64,000 nt of DNA from Macrostomum lignano (lineage: Eukaryota). Under the pieces are notes generated by a model. The model saw only the letters and a program-made list of their open reading frames with translations, was not told the DNA's origin and made no database searches. Each line of letters begins with the position of its first letter. Position 1 is the stretch's first letter. This document shows positions 34,740 to 46,718 of this stretch, piece after piece. A program made the translations under genes and the position numbers. The stretch lies in assembly GCA_002269645.1 (NCBI GenBank), contig NIVC01000758.1:248001-312000 (forward strand), in the 5' to 3' direction.

Positions 34740-35074
34740 ACTTTAAGCGACATAAGCACACAACTGGCAAAAGACATTACTACCTATTCTGCTAACTCCC
34801 CTGAGCAGGCATACAAGTACATAGATATGTACATAGCAGTCATACCTACAAGCACACACACACACAGGAGTGTACAGTAGCCCTAACTTTATATTATTGT
34901 TAGGCATATACACTTCACTGCACCTTGGGGGGTTGGCTCTTAAGGCTATTAATTGCACAAGCAGAGCCAAGCCAAGATTCCAATTCAACCTTAAATTAAT
35001 GTGACTGCACTTGGAATCAAGCCTGGGTCACTGGCACAACAGAGCAACCATGCTACCGCTAGGCTATGGCCCCC
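34740..35074 (-). mobile_element. tRNA-derived SINE, family A
   Basis: Minus-strand head GGGGCCATAGCCTAGCGG...GGCTTGATTCC (A/B-box-like). The body is clearly homologous to 48300-48588. Confidence 0.7.
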
Positions 35075-36938
35075 CTTAATCCTGCCTATAGGCTAGAATA
35101 GAATAGAAAAGATGCATAGTGTTACAAAATCTTAGCTTGTATGCGTTTGCAAAATAGCTTAGAGAGGTAAAGAGCAGTGTCACTTGGGGTCAGGTCAAGG
35201 TCACTGAGGTCATTAGTCAGGGTCTGGATCAGCATGGCAGCATAGCCTTGGCCATGTCAAAGCCCTTCTTGTAATGGGTGAAGCAGCACTATTGTGAGGG
35301 GGTTGGATTCAGCATTTGCAACTATGCTGATGCAGAATGTGGCTGGCAAGGGTTTGTTGCTGCCACCGCAGGATAATGCTAAGAGGCAAAAGGCTAGTAT
35401 GCTGGTTGAGATTGCAGTTTAAGATGGTCTTGGAGAATCAGATGCCAAGTATGTAGCAGAGAAGCACCCAGTAGATACCAATAGTCTTTTGCCTATATAT
35501 TAAACAAAATTTAATATTTTTTCTTAATTATTTAAAATATTATTTCATTTTAAAATGGATAATAAAAGAAAAAATAGTAAGCTTGTTTTTGTGCTTAGCA
35601 AAAAACTATCTAAAATTAAAATGGATAAAAATGGTATATTTCTTCTTATTGTTAAAGTCTATAGTCTAGTAGATACACCGGCTACATGGGAACATTTTTC
35701 AGCTGCTATAGAAGTTGTGTACAGTGGGTGGCCAATAGATTATGCTTTATATATGGGGCCCTGTGAGTTGTAACAATGAAGGACTTTTTTTGCAATTGCA
35801 ACAATAAAGGACCTTTTTGCAATTGCAATAACATGCACTATATGTGTATATTCTTAAATTAATTTATAAACATTATAACATTATATCAATTACATTGTTT
35901 AGCAAGACTAACATTAAAAACAACAAGTTAAATTTGCAATGGCATCAGTAGAGTTAATATATACACAAAGAAAAACAGTTCTGACTTCCAAATTTTGCCT
36001 TGCATTTTCAGAACTCCATCATGGACTTTTCAAAAAGTAGACAGTTTTACAAAACAAAATATTTCTACTTACATGTTTCTTCTACTTGTACTTAAATACT
36101 TCTTCTGCTTGTCATAAAAATCAATAAACATTTGTTAAAACATATAGAAAAATATTTACTTTTTTAGGGAAACAAAAAACATACCATACATGGGCAACAG
36201 TCAGCCAAGTCAGCTGATCTGGCCAACTGATTTGGTGGCCAATCAAGGAAGTTACAAAAATTCCCACCCAAAAAATACCTAAGTGGAGTAGTACTAAGTA
36301 GCTGATGAGGCATTTCGATCTAATAATAAAGTCATAGTTACTCCTGCCGTTTACCCAAAGTTGCGTTAATTTTGCTTTAGGGTTTTTTACATGTAAGTTG
36401 CATTTTTTGGCCAAAAACTATGTCGCATTTTTGTTAAAACTAAGTCCCATGGCCAACCAAATGTTGGAGGTTGCGCATGTATAAACATACTTATGTTAAT
36501 AAGACTTTCATTTAGTTTAATTGATTTTCTATTTGGTCATGATTGATAAGCTGTACTGTTGACTGTCCTGCATTGCACTGCTACATGCGGCATGCAATTT
36601 GCCCATTGATACGGGAATTTTCACCAAAAAGGGCATCTATAAGACTATGGTTTAAAGTAAACTTGGTTATGAATTTATAGTTTTATTAAATTGCAACTTA
36701 TCTTCTATTGCATTTGCAATAAACTTCTACTTTGTCTAGCCTATTAAATAAAATTGTCCTAAGAAAAATACTTCAAAATTTTAAAATCTTGACTTATCTA
36801 TTGACTATTGTGTAATTAGCCAAACTTTTCTAAGAAAAAACCACTTGCTAAAAATGTTTCAGAAAAAGACCTCAGAAATGCAGCTTATAAACCCTGATTA
36901 TGAATTGATGCTAATTAATCCATCAATCAATTATTCAG

Positions 36939-39775
36939 GGCTCATGGCTGGCCAATCCCGCCAAACACTACAGCCGTTGCCATGGAGATCTCCTGGGCAA
37001 ATGCGACAGTGCACTGTGAGTACCTACCACCCATCAGATCTTTGTTTCTAGACACTAATAGACCTAGCAAAAGTGAATTGCTATGCTCACTGACTTAACC
37101 GCTGCTTCGGCTTAAGGCGAAGTCATCCTCAGCGACGAGGACGACCTGCCAGACGTTATCGTCACCTCGGAGGAGCTGCGCGGCTTCGTGCCGACCGTCG
37201 ACTATGACTCGGTGCTGGCCGAGGCCTCTGGCCCCTCCGACTACCTCACTCTGGTGCTCACCCACCTGCTCAAGCAGATTAACAATCGAGCGGTCGAGTC
37301 GGTTCCGGCCGGCAGCCGCCTGGCTGAGCAGCTGGCCGGCCTCAGAGCCGCCAAGGAGTTCCGCGATCTCCACTGGGAGGCCTTCGCGCCTGCCGCTGCG
37401 GCTGGAGGCACCTGCGGGCTGAACCTGCAGGTCCGTGAAATGAGTAGTGCTTGGATTCACGAGTGCTGGGATTTGTTAAATGGTGTTCATTGAAATCGGG
37501 ATTTGGGAGGTATTGGGAGATAAACACTCGGGGATGCAGGAGTTGCAGAGCTGACTGGCACCCGCCCTCCACCTGTTGGGGATGCAGGAGTTGCAGAGCT
37601 GACTGGCACCCGCCCTCCACCTGTTGGGGATGCAGGAGTTGCAGAGCTGACTGGCACCCGCCCTCCACCTGTTGGGGATGCAGGAGTTGCAGAGCTGACT
37701 GGCACCCGCCCTCCACCTGTTGGGGATGCAGGAGTTGCAGAGCTGACTGGCACCCGCCCTCCACCTGTTGGGGATGCAGGAGTTGCAGAGCTGACTGGCA
37801 CCCGCCCTCCACCTGTTGGGGATGCAGGAGTTGCAGAGCTGACTGGCACCCGCCCTCCACCTGTTGGGGATGCAGGAGTTGCAGAGCTGACTGACACCCG
37901 CCCTCCACCTGTTGGGGATGCAGGAGTTGCAGAGCTGACTGGCACCCGCCCTCCACCTGTTGGGGATGCAGGAGTTGCAGAGCTGACTGGCACCCGCCCT
38001 CCACCTGTTGGGGATGCAGGAGTTGCAGAGCTGACTGGCACCCGCCCTCCACCTGTTGGGGATGCAGGAGTTGCAGAGCTGACTGGCACCCGCCCTCCAC
38101 CTGTTGGGGATGCAGGAGTTGCAGAGCTGACTGGCACCCGCCCTCCACCTGTTGGGGATGCAGGAGTTGCAGAGCTGACTGGCACCCGCCCTCCACCTGT
38201 TGCGGTGCAGGAGTTGCAGAGCTGACTGGCACCCGCCCTCCACCTGTTGGGGATGCAGGAGTTGAAGAGCTGACTGGCACCCGCCCTCCACCTGTTGGGG
38301 ATGCAGGAGTTGCAGAGCTGACTGGCACCCGCCCTCCACCTGTTGCGGTGCAGGAGTTGCAGAGCTGACTGGCACCCGCCTTCCACCTGTTGGGGATGCA
38401 GGAGTTGCAGAGCTGACTGGCACCCGCCCTCCACCTGTTGGGGTGCAGGAGTTGCAGAGCTGACTGGCACCCGCCCTCCACCTGTTGGGGATGCAGGAGT
38501 TGCAGAGCTGACTGGCACCCGCCCTCCACCTGTTGGGGATGCAGGAGTTGCAGAGCTGATTGGCACCCGCCCTCCACCTGTTGGGGATGCAGGAGTTGCA
38601 GAGCTGACTGGCACCCGCCCTCCACCTGTTGGGGATGCAGGAGTTGCAGAGCTGATTGGCACCCGCCCTCCACCTGTTGGGGTGCAGGAGTTGCAGAGCT
38701 GACTGGCACCCGCCCTCCACCTGTTGGGGATGCAGGAGTTGCAGAGCTGACTGGCACCCGCCCTCCACCTGTTGCGGTGCAGGAGTTGCAGAGCTGACTG
38801 GCACCCGCCTTCCACCTGTTGGGGATGCAGGAGTTGCAGAGCTGACTGGCACCCGCCCTCCACCTGTTGGGGTGCAGGAGTTGCAGAGCTGATTGGCACC
38901 CGCCCTCCACCTGTTGGGGTGCAGGAGTTGCAGAGCTGATTGGCACCCGCCCTCCACCTGTTGGGGATGCAGGAGTTGCAGAGCTGACTGGCACCCGCCC
39001 TCCACCTGTTGGGGATGCAGGAGTTGCAGAGCTGATTGGCACCCGCCCTCCACCTGTTGGGGTGCAGGAGTTGCAGAGCTGATTGGCACCCGCCCTCCAC
39101 CTGTTGCGGTGCAGGAGTTGCAGAGCTGACTGGCACCCGCCTTCCACCTGCCGCAGATCACGCTGCCCCTTGACTACGCGGCGCTGTCAGCCGCCCTGCT
39201 GAGCCGTTACCCTGACGAAGAGATGTGCGCCCAGCTGCTCCTGCGCTTCATCGATTGCGGCCTGACCCGCCGGGTGCCCGCTGAGTTGCGGCTGACGCCC
39301 TCGCTGAAGAAGTAAATAAATTTTTGTACCCATGCTCAGTGCGCGAGTTTCGGCATGCAATGATCTTTTTGGATTCTTAGGATTTCAATCAAGGCTTCTA
39401 ATAATTGTCAAATTGGAGTAAGCATTTGAGTAGTCTGTAAGCATTTGAGTAGTCTGTAAGCATTTGAGTAGTCCGTAAGCATTTGAGTAGTCTGTAAACA
39501 TTTGAGTAGTCTGTAAGCATTTGAGTAGTCTGTAAACATTTGAGTAGTCTGTGTCTGTCACGGCCGTCCCCAACACCCACCTCCGCAGTCTGCTCCAGGA
39601 CTACCAGATCAGCCTGAAGTTTCCCGACTTCGACGCCAACAGCGGAAGTCTGGCGGCCTACTTCACCCGCCTGCTGGACAGCCTGCAGCAGCGGGTGAGT
39701 CATCAGCTTTCACTTGCTTGTGTTTGGAGCGGCATTGTTGAGAATCTGCTGTTGCATCCCGATATTAGATTGCTC

Positions 39776-39840
<65 letters not shown>

Positions 39841-41727
39841 GTCCAGTTGGAGACTCCAATCTCACCTGAGGAGTCACGATTCCCCCAGAGTCCCCGCGAT
39901 CCCGAAGCCCTAAGTCAGCATCCCAAATAAACAAACAAACGACGCGTTTCGGCTAAAACTAGCCATCTTCAGGCACTATCGAACAGAATTTATTTCAACC
40001 TATTAAATACTGTGTAGACGACAAAATCAGGTATTGAAAAGATATAAAAGGACTAAAGGATCAATGTACAGTATAGCAATGTTCATAATATTTTTTGTGG
40101 AATGACAGGACAGAGAAAAAAGAGAGAGAGAGAGAGAATGAGGCGTATGCGCCCCAAATGTACTCTAGCTTAGAACACCAACAGCTGTTCACTCGCACCT
40201 CCTCCAGATAGTTGGACATTGAGAGTGGGTTTGTGTAACTTAATGTGCAGAGCTTCAAGAATGTTAAGTTTATGCTCATTTTGCTGTTGTCTATGACCTT
40301 GAAATGAGAGGTTATGTCTGGCTCATCACAACAACCATGGCATTGCAGCAATTGTCGTCTACACAGTATTTAATAGGTTGAAATAAATTCTGTTCGATAG
40401 TGCCTGAAGATGGCTAGTTTTAGCCGAAACGCGTCGCAAATAATATTGAGTTTTGTCTTACTATTATCTGTTAAGAGTGCTTCTCTACCACAAACAAACG
40501 AATTCCCCTCCCAGATGTTGGCCTCTCAGTTGCTTCCAGTTTCGTTAAGCGCCGGCCGTAGCTGCAGTTTTCTTTAGATGCAGAGGGGTTCCCAGCATGA
40601 TTTGGTGCCAGCTTGCGTCTGTTTTCATCAAACACCGGCTGCCGGATGCCGGCAGTCATGGCCCACTCAGCACAGATACGTACGCGGGCGCAGCCTCAGT
40701 ACAGGGTGTACGGCGACCCTGACTGGAATTGAGCCTCCCATTTTCCTCTCGACTTTATTTTGGCTGTCAATTATGGCACATGGGACTGTGGAACATTTTT
40801 TCCGGGGGGGGGCAACTGACCCCTTCGTTGACCTCCCCTGGATGCCTCCCCCATTGCTCCCCAAGAGGCAGCTGCTTCTTTTGCTCCCTCCCATGGTCTA
40901 TATGGAGTGGTAGAATGATGATAATTATAATAATTATAATTGACTTCCCACGCCCCGCGCAGCTCCTCGGCATCAGCAACAGCTGCAACAGGCGCGAGGA
41001 GCTCATCAACGTGCTGCTGAGCCGGCACCAAAAGTGAGTGACTCACTACTATTAGTAGCTGTCTTATTTGTAGTAGTTTTGAATAATGAGTATATATTAA
41101 ATTAAATTAAATATGAACATGAACACTAAGCCATAGTTCCATCTGAAATATATGTTTAAAATCTCATCCCAGATCAAACCAGATTCAAAATCTCACCCAA
41201 ATTTCAAATGAAATGAAAAATTCAGAATCTCACCCAAGGTTAAAATGAAAGATTCAAAATCTCACCTAGGGTTAAAATGAAAGATTCAAAATCTCACCTA
41301 GGGTTAAAATGAAAGATTCAAAATCTCACCCAGGGTTCAAATGAAAGATTCAAAATCTCACCCAGGGTTCAAATGAAAGATTCAAATCTCACCCATTTTC
41401 AACCCATCCTGCCGCAGCGCCCTGGTCGAATACGACTCAGAGAATTTCCTGTGGGCCAGCTTCATCTTCGAGCTAAACGACTTTCACTTCCTGCTCATCG
41501 TGGAACTGCCGCACGAGTTCCCGCACCCCAACCAGCCGTGGATCCTCACCATGCGCTCCCTGTACCACCACAGGAAGACGGGCGGCCGGGCGCCCTATGA
41601 GAAGCGCTTCGACTCGCCCCCCTACTCACCCCGCTGGACAGCCGGCGAGATGGCCGACCGGCTCGAGGCCTACGTGCTTGGCGCGGTGCCGCAGTTCCAG
41701 CGGGACAGCGTGAACCTGCTGTCCTGA
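36939..41727 (+). CDS. BABAM2: BRISC/BRCA1-A complex member 2 (BRE/BRCC45), 5' exon(s) not located; exons 36939-37015, 37117-37430, 39157-39311, 39589-39694, 40963-41033, 41418-41727
   Basis: GT-AG exons join with consistent phases. C-terminus EYDSENF...ELPHEFPHPNQP...SLYH...PYSPRWTAGEMADRLEAYVLGAVPQFQ matches the BRE EYD.../YPYSPRWDGNEMAKRA...VPQFQ motifs. LPLDY and RREELI also align. Confidence 0.88.
37529..39150. repeat. 47-48-bp intronic minisatellite, about 34 copies
   Basis: Unit GGGATGCAGGAGTTGCAGAGCTGACTGGCACCCGCCCTCCACCTGTTG. The last unit runs into the acceptor at 39155-39156. Confidence 0.97.
39420..39551. repeat. 19-bp tandem repeat AGCATTTGAGTAGTCTGTA
   Basis: About 7 copies visible. 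Confidence 0.9.
39775..39837. repeat. (CAGA)n microsatellite
   Basis: Direct inspection. Confidence 0.95.
39940..40436 (-). mobile_element. 5'-truncated Penelope-like insertion with inverted terminal duplication, in a BABAM2 intron
   Basis: Perfect 85-bp inverted repeat (39940-40024 / 40352-40436), each arm with a hammerhead core. The spacer has a weak GIY-YIG-tail-like minus frame (SHFKVIDNS...LTFLKLCTLSYTNPL). Confidence 0.7.
40404..40435 (+). ncRNA. Minimal type I hammerhead ribozyme core (mirror copy on minus strand at 39941-39972)
   Basis: CUGAAGA-U-GGCUA(guuu)UAGCC-GAAA-CGCGU-C with palindromic helix III ACGCGU and a GUC triplet. Helix I is only 2-3 bp. Confidence 0.6.
41180..41395. 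repeat. About 32-bp degenerate intronic tandem repeat
   Basis: AAATGAAAGATTCAAAATCTCACC(C/T)AGGGTT units. Confidence 0.85.
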
Positions 41728-41924
41728 CCGGTGCCAAGCACTGCAGTATTGCCAAGCACTGAGAATCCCAGAATACCCAGTTGTATAAAACAAATATATA
41801 GATACTGAAGCAGTGTTCTGTTTACCTGTTCGCTTTTTTATAAAAATCATTTTGCTGAAGTCATTTTGTGGTCTACCCGGTAGTTCTGATAATCCGCCAT
41901 TGTATATATTAGAGATTCCCTTTT

Positions 41925-42195
41925 ATTGGAGAAATCCTCTGTAGGCCATGAGAAATCCACTGTAGGCCATGAGAAATCCACTGTAGGCCATGAGAAATCC
42001 ACTGAAGGCCATGAGAAATCCACTGTAGGCCATGAGAAATCCACTGTAGGAAATGAGAAATCCACTGTAGGCCATGAGAAATCCACTGTAGGCCATGAGA
42101 AATCCACTGAAGGCCATGAGAAATCCACTGTAGGCCATGAGAAATCCACTGTAGGAAATGAGAAATCCACTGTAGGCCATGAGAAATCCACTGTA
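41925..42195. repeat. 21-bp tandem repeat GAGAAATCCACTGTAGGCCAT
   Basis: About 12 copies, running directly into the 17-bp array with which it shares CACTGTAG. Confidence 0.95.
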
Positions 42196-43290
42196 GCACA
42201 TGAGACACTGTAGCACATGAGACACTGTAGCACATAAGACACTGTAGCAGATAAGACACTAGCACATGAGACACTGTAGCACATGAGACACTGTAGCACA
42301 TGAGACACTGTAGCACATAAGACACTGTAGCACATGAGACACTGTAGCACATGAGACACTGTAGCACATGAGACACTGTAGCACATAAGACACTGTAGCA
42401 GATAAGACACTAGCACATGAGACACTGTAGCACATGAGACACTGTAGCACATGAGACACTGTAGCACATGAGACACTGTAGCACATAAGACACTGTAGCA
42501 GATAAGACACTAGCACATGAGACACTGTAGCACATGAGACACTGTAGCACATGAGACACTGTAGCACATAAGACACTGTAGCACATGAGACACTGTAGCA
42601 CATGAGACACTGTAGCACATGAGACACTGTAGCACATAAGACACTGTAGCAGATAAGACACTAGCACATGAGACACTGTAGCACATGAGACACTGTAGCA
42701 CATGAGACACTGTAGCACATGAGACACTGTAGCACATAAGACACTGTAGCACATGAGACACTGTAGCACATGAGACACTGTAGCACATGAGACACTGTAG
42801 CACATGAGACACTGTAGCACATGAGACACTGTAGCACATAAGACACTGTAGCACATGAGACACTGTAGCACATGAGACACTGTAGCACATAAGACACTGT
42901 AGCACATGAGACACTGTAGCACATAAGACACTGTAGCACATGAGACACTGTAGCACATGAGACACTGTAGCACATAAGACACTGTAGCACATGAGACACT
43001 GTAGCACATAAGACACTGTAGCACATAAGACACTGTAGCACATGAGACACTGTAGCACATGAGACACTATAGCACATGAGACACTGTAGCACATGAGACA
43101 CTGTAGCACATGAGACACTGTAGCACATGAGACACTGTAGCACATAAGACACTGTAGCACATGAGACACTGTAGCACATAAGACACTGTAGCACATGAGA
43201 CACTGTAGCATAAGACACTGTAGCACATGAGACACTGTAGCACATAAGACACTGTAGCACATGAGACACTGTAGCACATGAGACACTGTA
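42190..43290. repeat. 17-bp satellite TAGCACATGAGACACTG, about 64 copies
   Basis: Direct inspection. The overlapping ORFs are artefacts. Confidence 0.97.
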
Positions 43291-43504
43291 GTCCATACAA
43301 TTTAAGATTTACATGTAAGATTTTAGATTTGTATACGCCAGCCCTGCCCCATAAGCAGTGTTCAGAGATGGGCGAGCCTGCCTGCCCACTGTCCCATCGG
43401 TCAGCTCTATTGAAAACCCAATCATTGAATATCCCGACAGCCGTTCCCACCCGCTGCAAGCCCGCCACCGCCTTGTCCAACTTGCAGCTGAGTTGCTAGT
43501 CGCG

Positions 43505-45223
43505 ATGGCGGATTCCGAAGCCGCGCTCAAGCGATTCCTGCTCAGCAACGAAGTGAAGGAGCTCGCGCCCTCCGACGAGATCTTCCGGGTCAACGCCGAG
43601 GAGCACCGCAAGCTGGTGCAGGGTGCGCCCTGGTCACGGGACCCCACGTACTTCAAGTACGCCCGAATCAGCGCGACCGCCCTCATCAAGATGCTGATGC
43701 ACGCCAAGTCCGGTGCCAAGCACGAGATCATGGGCATCATCAGGGGCCGCATCCTGCCTAACACCATGGTGGTCACTGACAGCTTCGCCCTGCCCGTGGA
43801 GGGCACCGAGACCCGCGTGAACGCCCAGGCTCAGGCCAACGAGTACATGTGTACTTATCACGAGGACTCCAGGCGAGTCGGCCGGCAGGACAACGTGATT
43901 GGCTGGTACCACAGCCATCCCGGATACGGCTGCTGGCTCAGCGGCATCGACGTCACCACCCAGACCACCCACCAGCAGTACGAGGACCCCTACCTGGCCG
44001 TGGTCGTGGACCACGTCAGGACCATCTCGGCCGGCCGGGTGGAGCTGGGCGCCTTCCGCACCTACCCGCAGGGCTACAAGCCGGCCGACGAGCCGCCTTC
44101 GCAGTACCAGCCGATTCCGCTCAACAAGATTGAAGACTTCGGGGTGCACTGCAGGCAGTACTATGCGCTTGAGGTGCGCACTGGGGCTGAGATGGGGGGC
44201 ACTGCAGGCAGTACTATGCGCTTGAGGTGCGCACTGGGGCTGAGATGGGGGTGCACTGCAGGCAGTACTATGCGCTTGAGGTGCGCACTGGGGCTGAGAT
44301 GGGGGGCACTGCAGGCAGTACTATGCGCTTGAGGTGCGCACTGGGGCTGAGATGGGGGGCACTGCAGGCAGTACTATGCGCTTGAGGTGCGCACTGGGGC
44401 TGAGATGGGGGGCCACTGCAGGCAGTACTATGCGCTTGAGGTGCGCACTGGGGCTGAGATGGGGGTGCACTGCAGGCAGTACTATGCGCTTGAGGTGCGC
44501 ACTGGGGCTGAGATGGAAAGTGGGGATTGAGATAAGGAATTGAGATGGGGATCAGCGATTGAGATGGGTATCAGGGATTGGGATGGGGATCAGCGATTAA
44601 GATGGGGATCAGGGATTGGGATGGGGAGCAGTGATTGAGATGGGTATCAGGGATTGGGATGGGGATCAGCGATTGAGATGGGGATCAGGGATTGGGATGG
44701 GGAGCAGTGATTGAGATGGGGATCAAGGATTGGGATGGGGAGCAGTGATTGAGATGGGGAGCAGGGATTGGGATGGGGAGCGGGGATGGTGATGGGGAGC
44801 AGCAGATATTAGAATTGGCGGTGGAGTTTGAGTCAGAGTGGAGTTGTAACTATTGGAAGACTTTCCCAATCTCACTTAATGACCCCCCCGGCTCCCATGC
44901 AGGTATCGTACTTCCGCTCCAGCCTGGACTCGCACCTGCTCAACAGGCTGTGGAGCCGCTACTGGGTGAGCACCCTCAGCAGCAACACCCTGTTCTCCCA
45001 GTCCGACTACCTGCTGTCCCAGTCGCGGGACCTGGCGGACAAGCTCGAGCAGGCCGAGGCCGGCATGGGCCGCCAGTCCGCACTGATGGACGCGCTGGAC
45101 TCGGACGATCGGGTGGCCAAGCTGGCCAGGGACACCGGCCGCCTCGTCACCGAGGAGCTGAGCGCCCTGTCCGGCCTGCTGATCAAGGATTTGCTGTTCA
45201 ACAGGCCCGGGGCCAAGCCGTGA
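43505..45223 (+). CDS. COPS5: COP9 signalosome subunit 5 (JAB1/CSN5), 329 aa; exons 43505-44173 and 44903-45223
   Basis: [44 protein letters not shown], intact JAMM motif [17 protein letters not shown]. Splicing gives QYYALE|VSYFRSSLD as in known CSN5. Confidence 0.97.
44142..44516. repeat. 53-54-bp tandem repeat, 7 copies, spanning the COPS5 exon 1/intron boundary
   Basis: Each unit contains GCAGGCAGTACTATGCGCTTGAG|GTGCGC. It is followed by a degenerate GGGAT-rich repeat to about 44800. Confidence 0.95.
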
Positions 45224-45324
45224 CGCCTTCGTTCGTGCTCTGCTGGGCTGCTCTGCACTGAGTTTTTCTGACGGGCTCGCCTTGGCGTTGATTCGTATGA
45301 GCTGGGACACCTGTAATCTCCCTT

Positions 45325-45910
45325 CTCTCCCCCTCTGCCCTCTCCCTACCCTCTGCCCTCTCCCTACCCTCTGCCCTCTCCCTACCCCCTGCCCTCTCCC
45401 TACCCTCTGCCATCTCCCTACCCTCTGCCATCTCCCTACCCTCTGCCATCTCCCTACCCTCTGCCCTCTCCCTACCCTCTGCCCTCTCCCTACCCTCTGC
45501 CCTCTCCCTACTCTCTGCCATCTCCCTACCCTCTGCCCTCTCCCTACCCTCTGCCCTCTCCCTACCCTCTGCCATCTCCCTACCCTCTGCCCTCTCCCTA
45601 CCCTCTGCCATCTCCCTACCCTCTGCCCTCTCCCTACCCTCTCCCTACCCTCTGCCATCTCCCTACCCTCTGCCATCTCCCTACCCTCTGCCATCTCCCT
45701 ACCCTCTCCCTACCCTCTGCCATCTCCCTACCCTCTGCCATCTCCCTACCCTCTGCCATCTCCCTACCCTCTGCCCTCTCCCTACCCTCTCCCTACCCTC
45801 TGCCATCTCCCTACCCTCTGCCATCTCCCTACCCTCTGCCCTCTCCCTACCCTCTGCCATATCCCTACCCTCTGCCCTCTCCCTACACTCTGCCCTCCCC
45901 CTACCCTCTC
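45325..45910. repeat. 18-bp pyrimidine-rich tandem repeat CCCTCTGCC(C/A)TCTCCCTA
   Basis: Direct inspection. Confidence 0.95.
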
Positions 45911-46424
45911 CAGATTAGCCTCATGTTTCAAGTTCGCTAATCAGTCTGACTTGAGCAGGCATTCGTATCGCAACTTGTATCTTGCTATAAAGAAAAGCTT
46001 TGTTACCTTTTCATTGCTATAATTAAACTGAAATATAGAATAAATATTTGTTAAGCGCGGCTGTCAAAACGCAAGCGCTTGCTGCATGTTTCAAGACGCA
46101 ATGGCGTACTAAACGGTTTTCCTGGCCCTCCACCAGTTCGTCTTGTCATTTCGGATTCGGCCTATTGGGTTGTTGTGAACTTTGGTGCCTTAGCTGCCAG
46201 GCTTAGCGGCTGGCCACTGGTTGCCCGGCTATGCGTGTACTTATCTTATCTTAGCATAAAAGCAATAATAGCTCTGCTGCTTGACCGGCCAACCTGCTGA
46301 GCTAGTAAGCGTAAAATATTTGACAGACAGTTCGGTCAGAAGAAAGAAAAGGTAAGCTTTGGAAATTAGAATATATATTAGTGCTGCTTGTACAATGCGC
46401 TAGCTCTGACGTCTCCTGAATAGT

Positions 46425-46655
46425 CAGAGGCACCTGAAGCATCTGAGTAGTCAGTGGCACCTGAAGCATCTCCTGAGTAGTCAGTGGCACCTGAAGCATC
46501 TCCTGAGTAGTCAGTGGCACCTGAAGCATCTCCTGAGTAGTCAGTGGCACCTGAAGCATCTCCTGATTAGTCAGTGGCACCTGAAGCATCTCCTGAGTAG
46601 TCAGTGGCACCTGAAGCACCTCCTGATTAGTCAGTGGCACCTGAAGCATCTCCTG
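46425..46655. repeat. 30-bp tandem repeat AGTCAGTGGCACCTGAAGCATCTCCTGAGT
   Basis: About 8 copies just upstream of RBKS. Confidence 0.92.
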
Positions 46656-46718
46656 AGACAAAGCCAATCCCGCCATCTTGCAGCAGCCCGGTGCCCACTA
46701 GTCCACCCAGCAGCCCCA

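Noticed and set aside
37342-39161. Long ORFs of 549-601 aa on the minus strand
   Set aside because: They are translations of the 48-bp intronic minisatellite, open in several frames. Not genes.
41847-43296. Multiple overlapping Cys-rich ORFs
   Set aside because: Artefacts of the 17-bp and 21-bp satellites.
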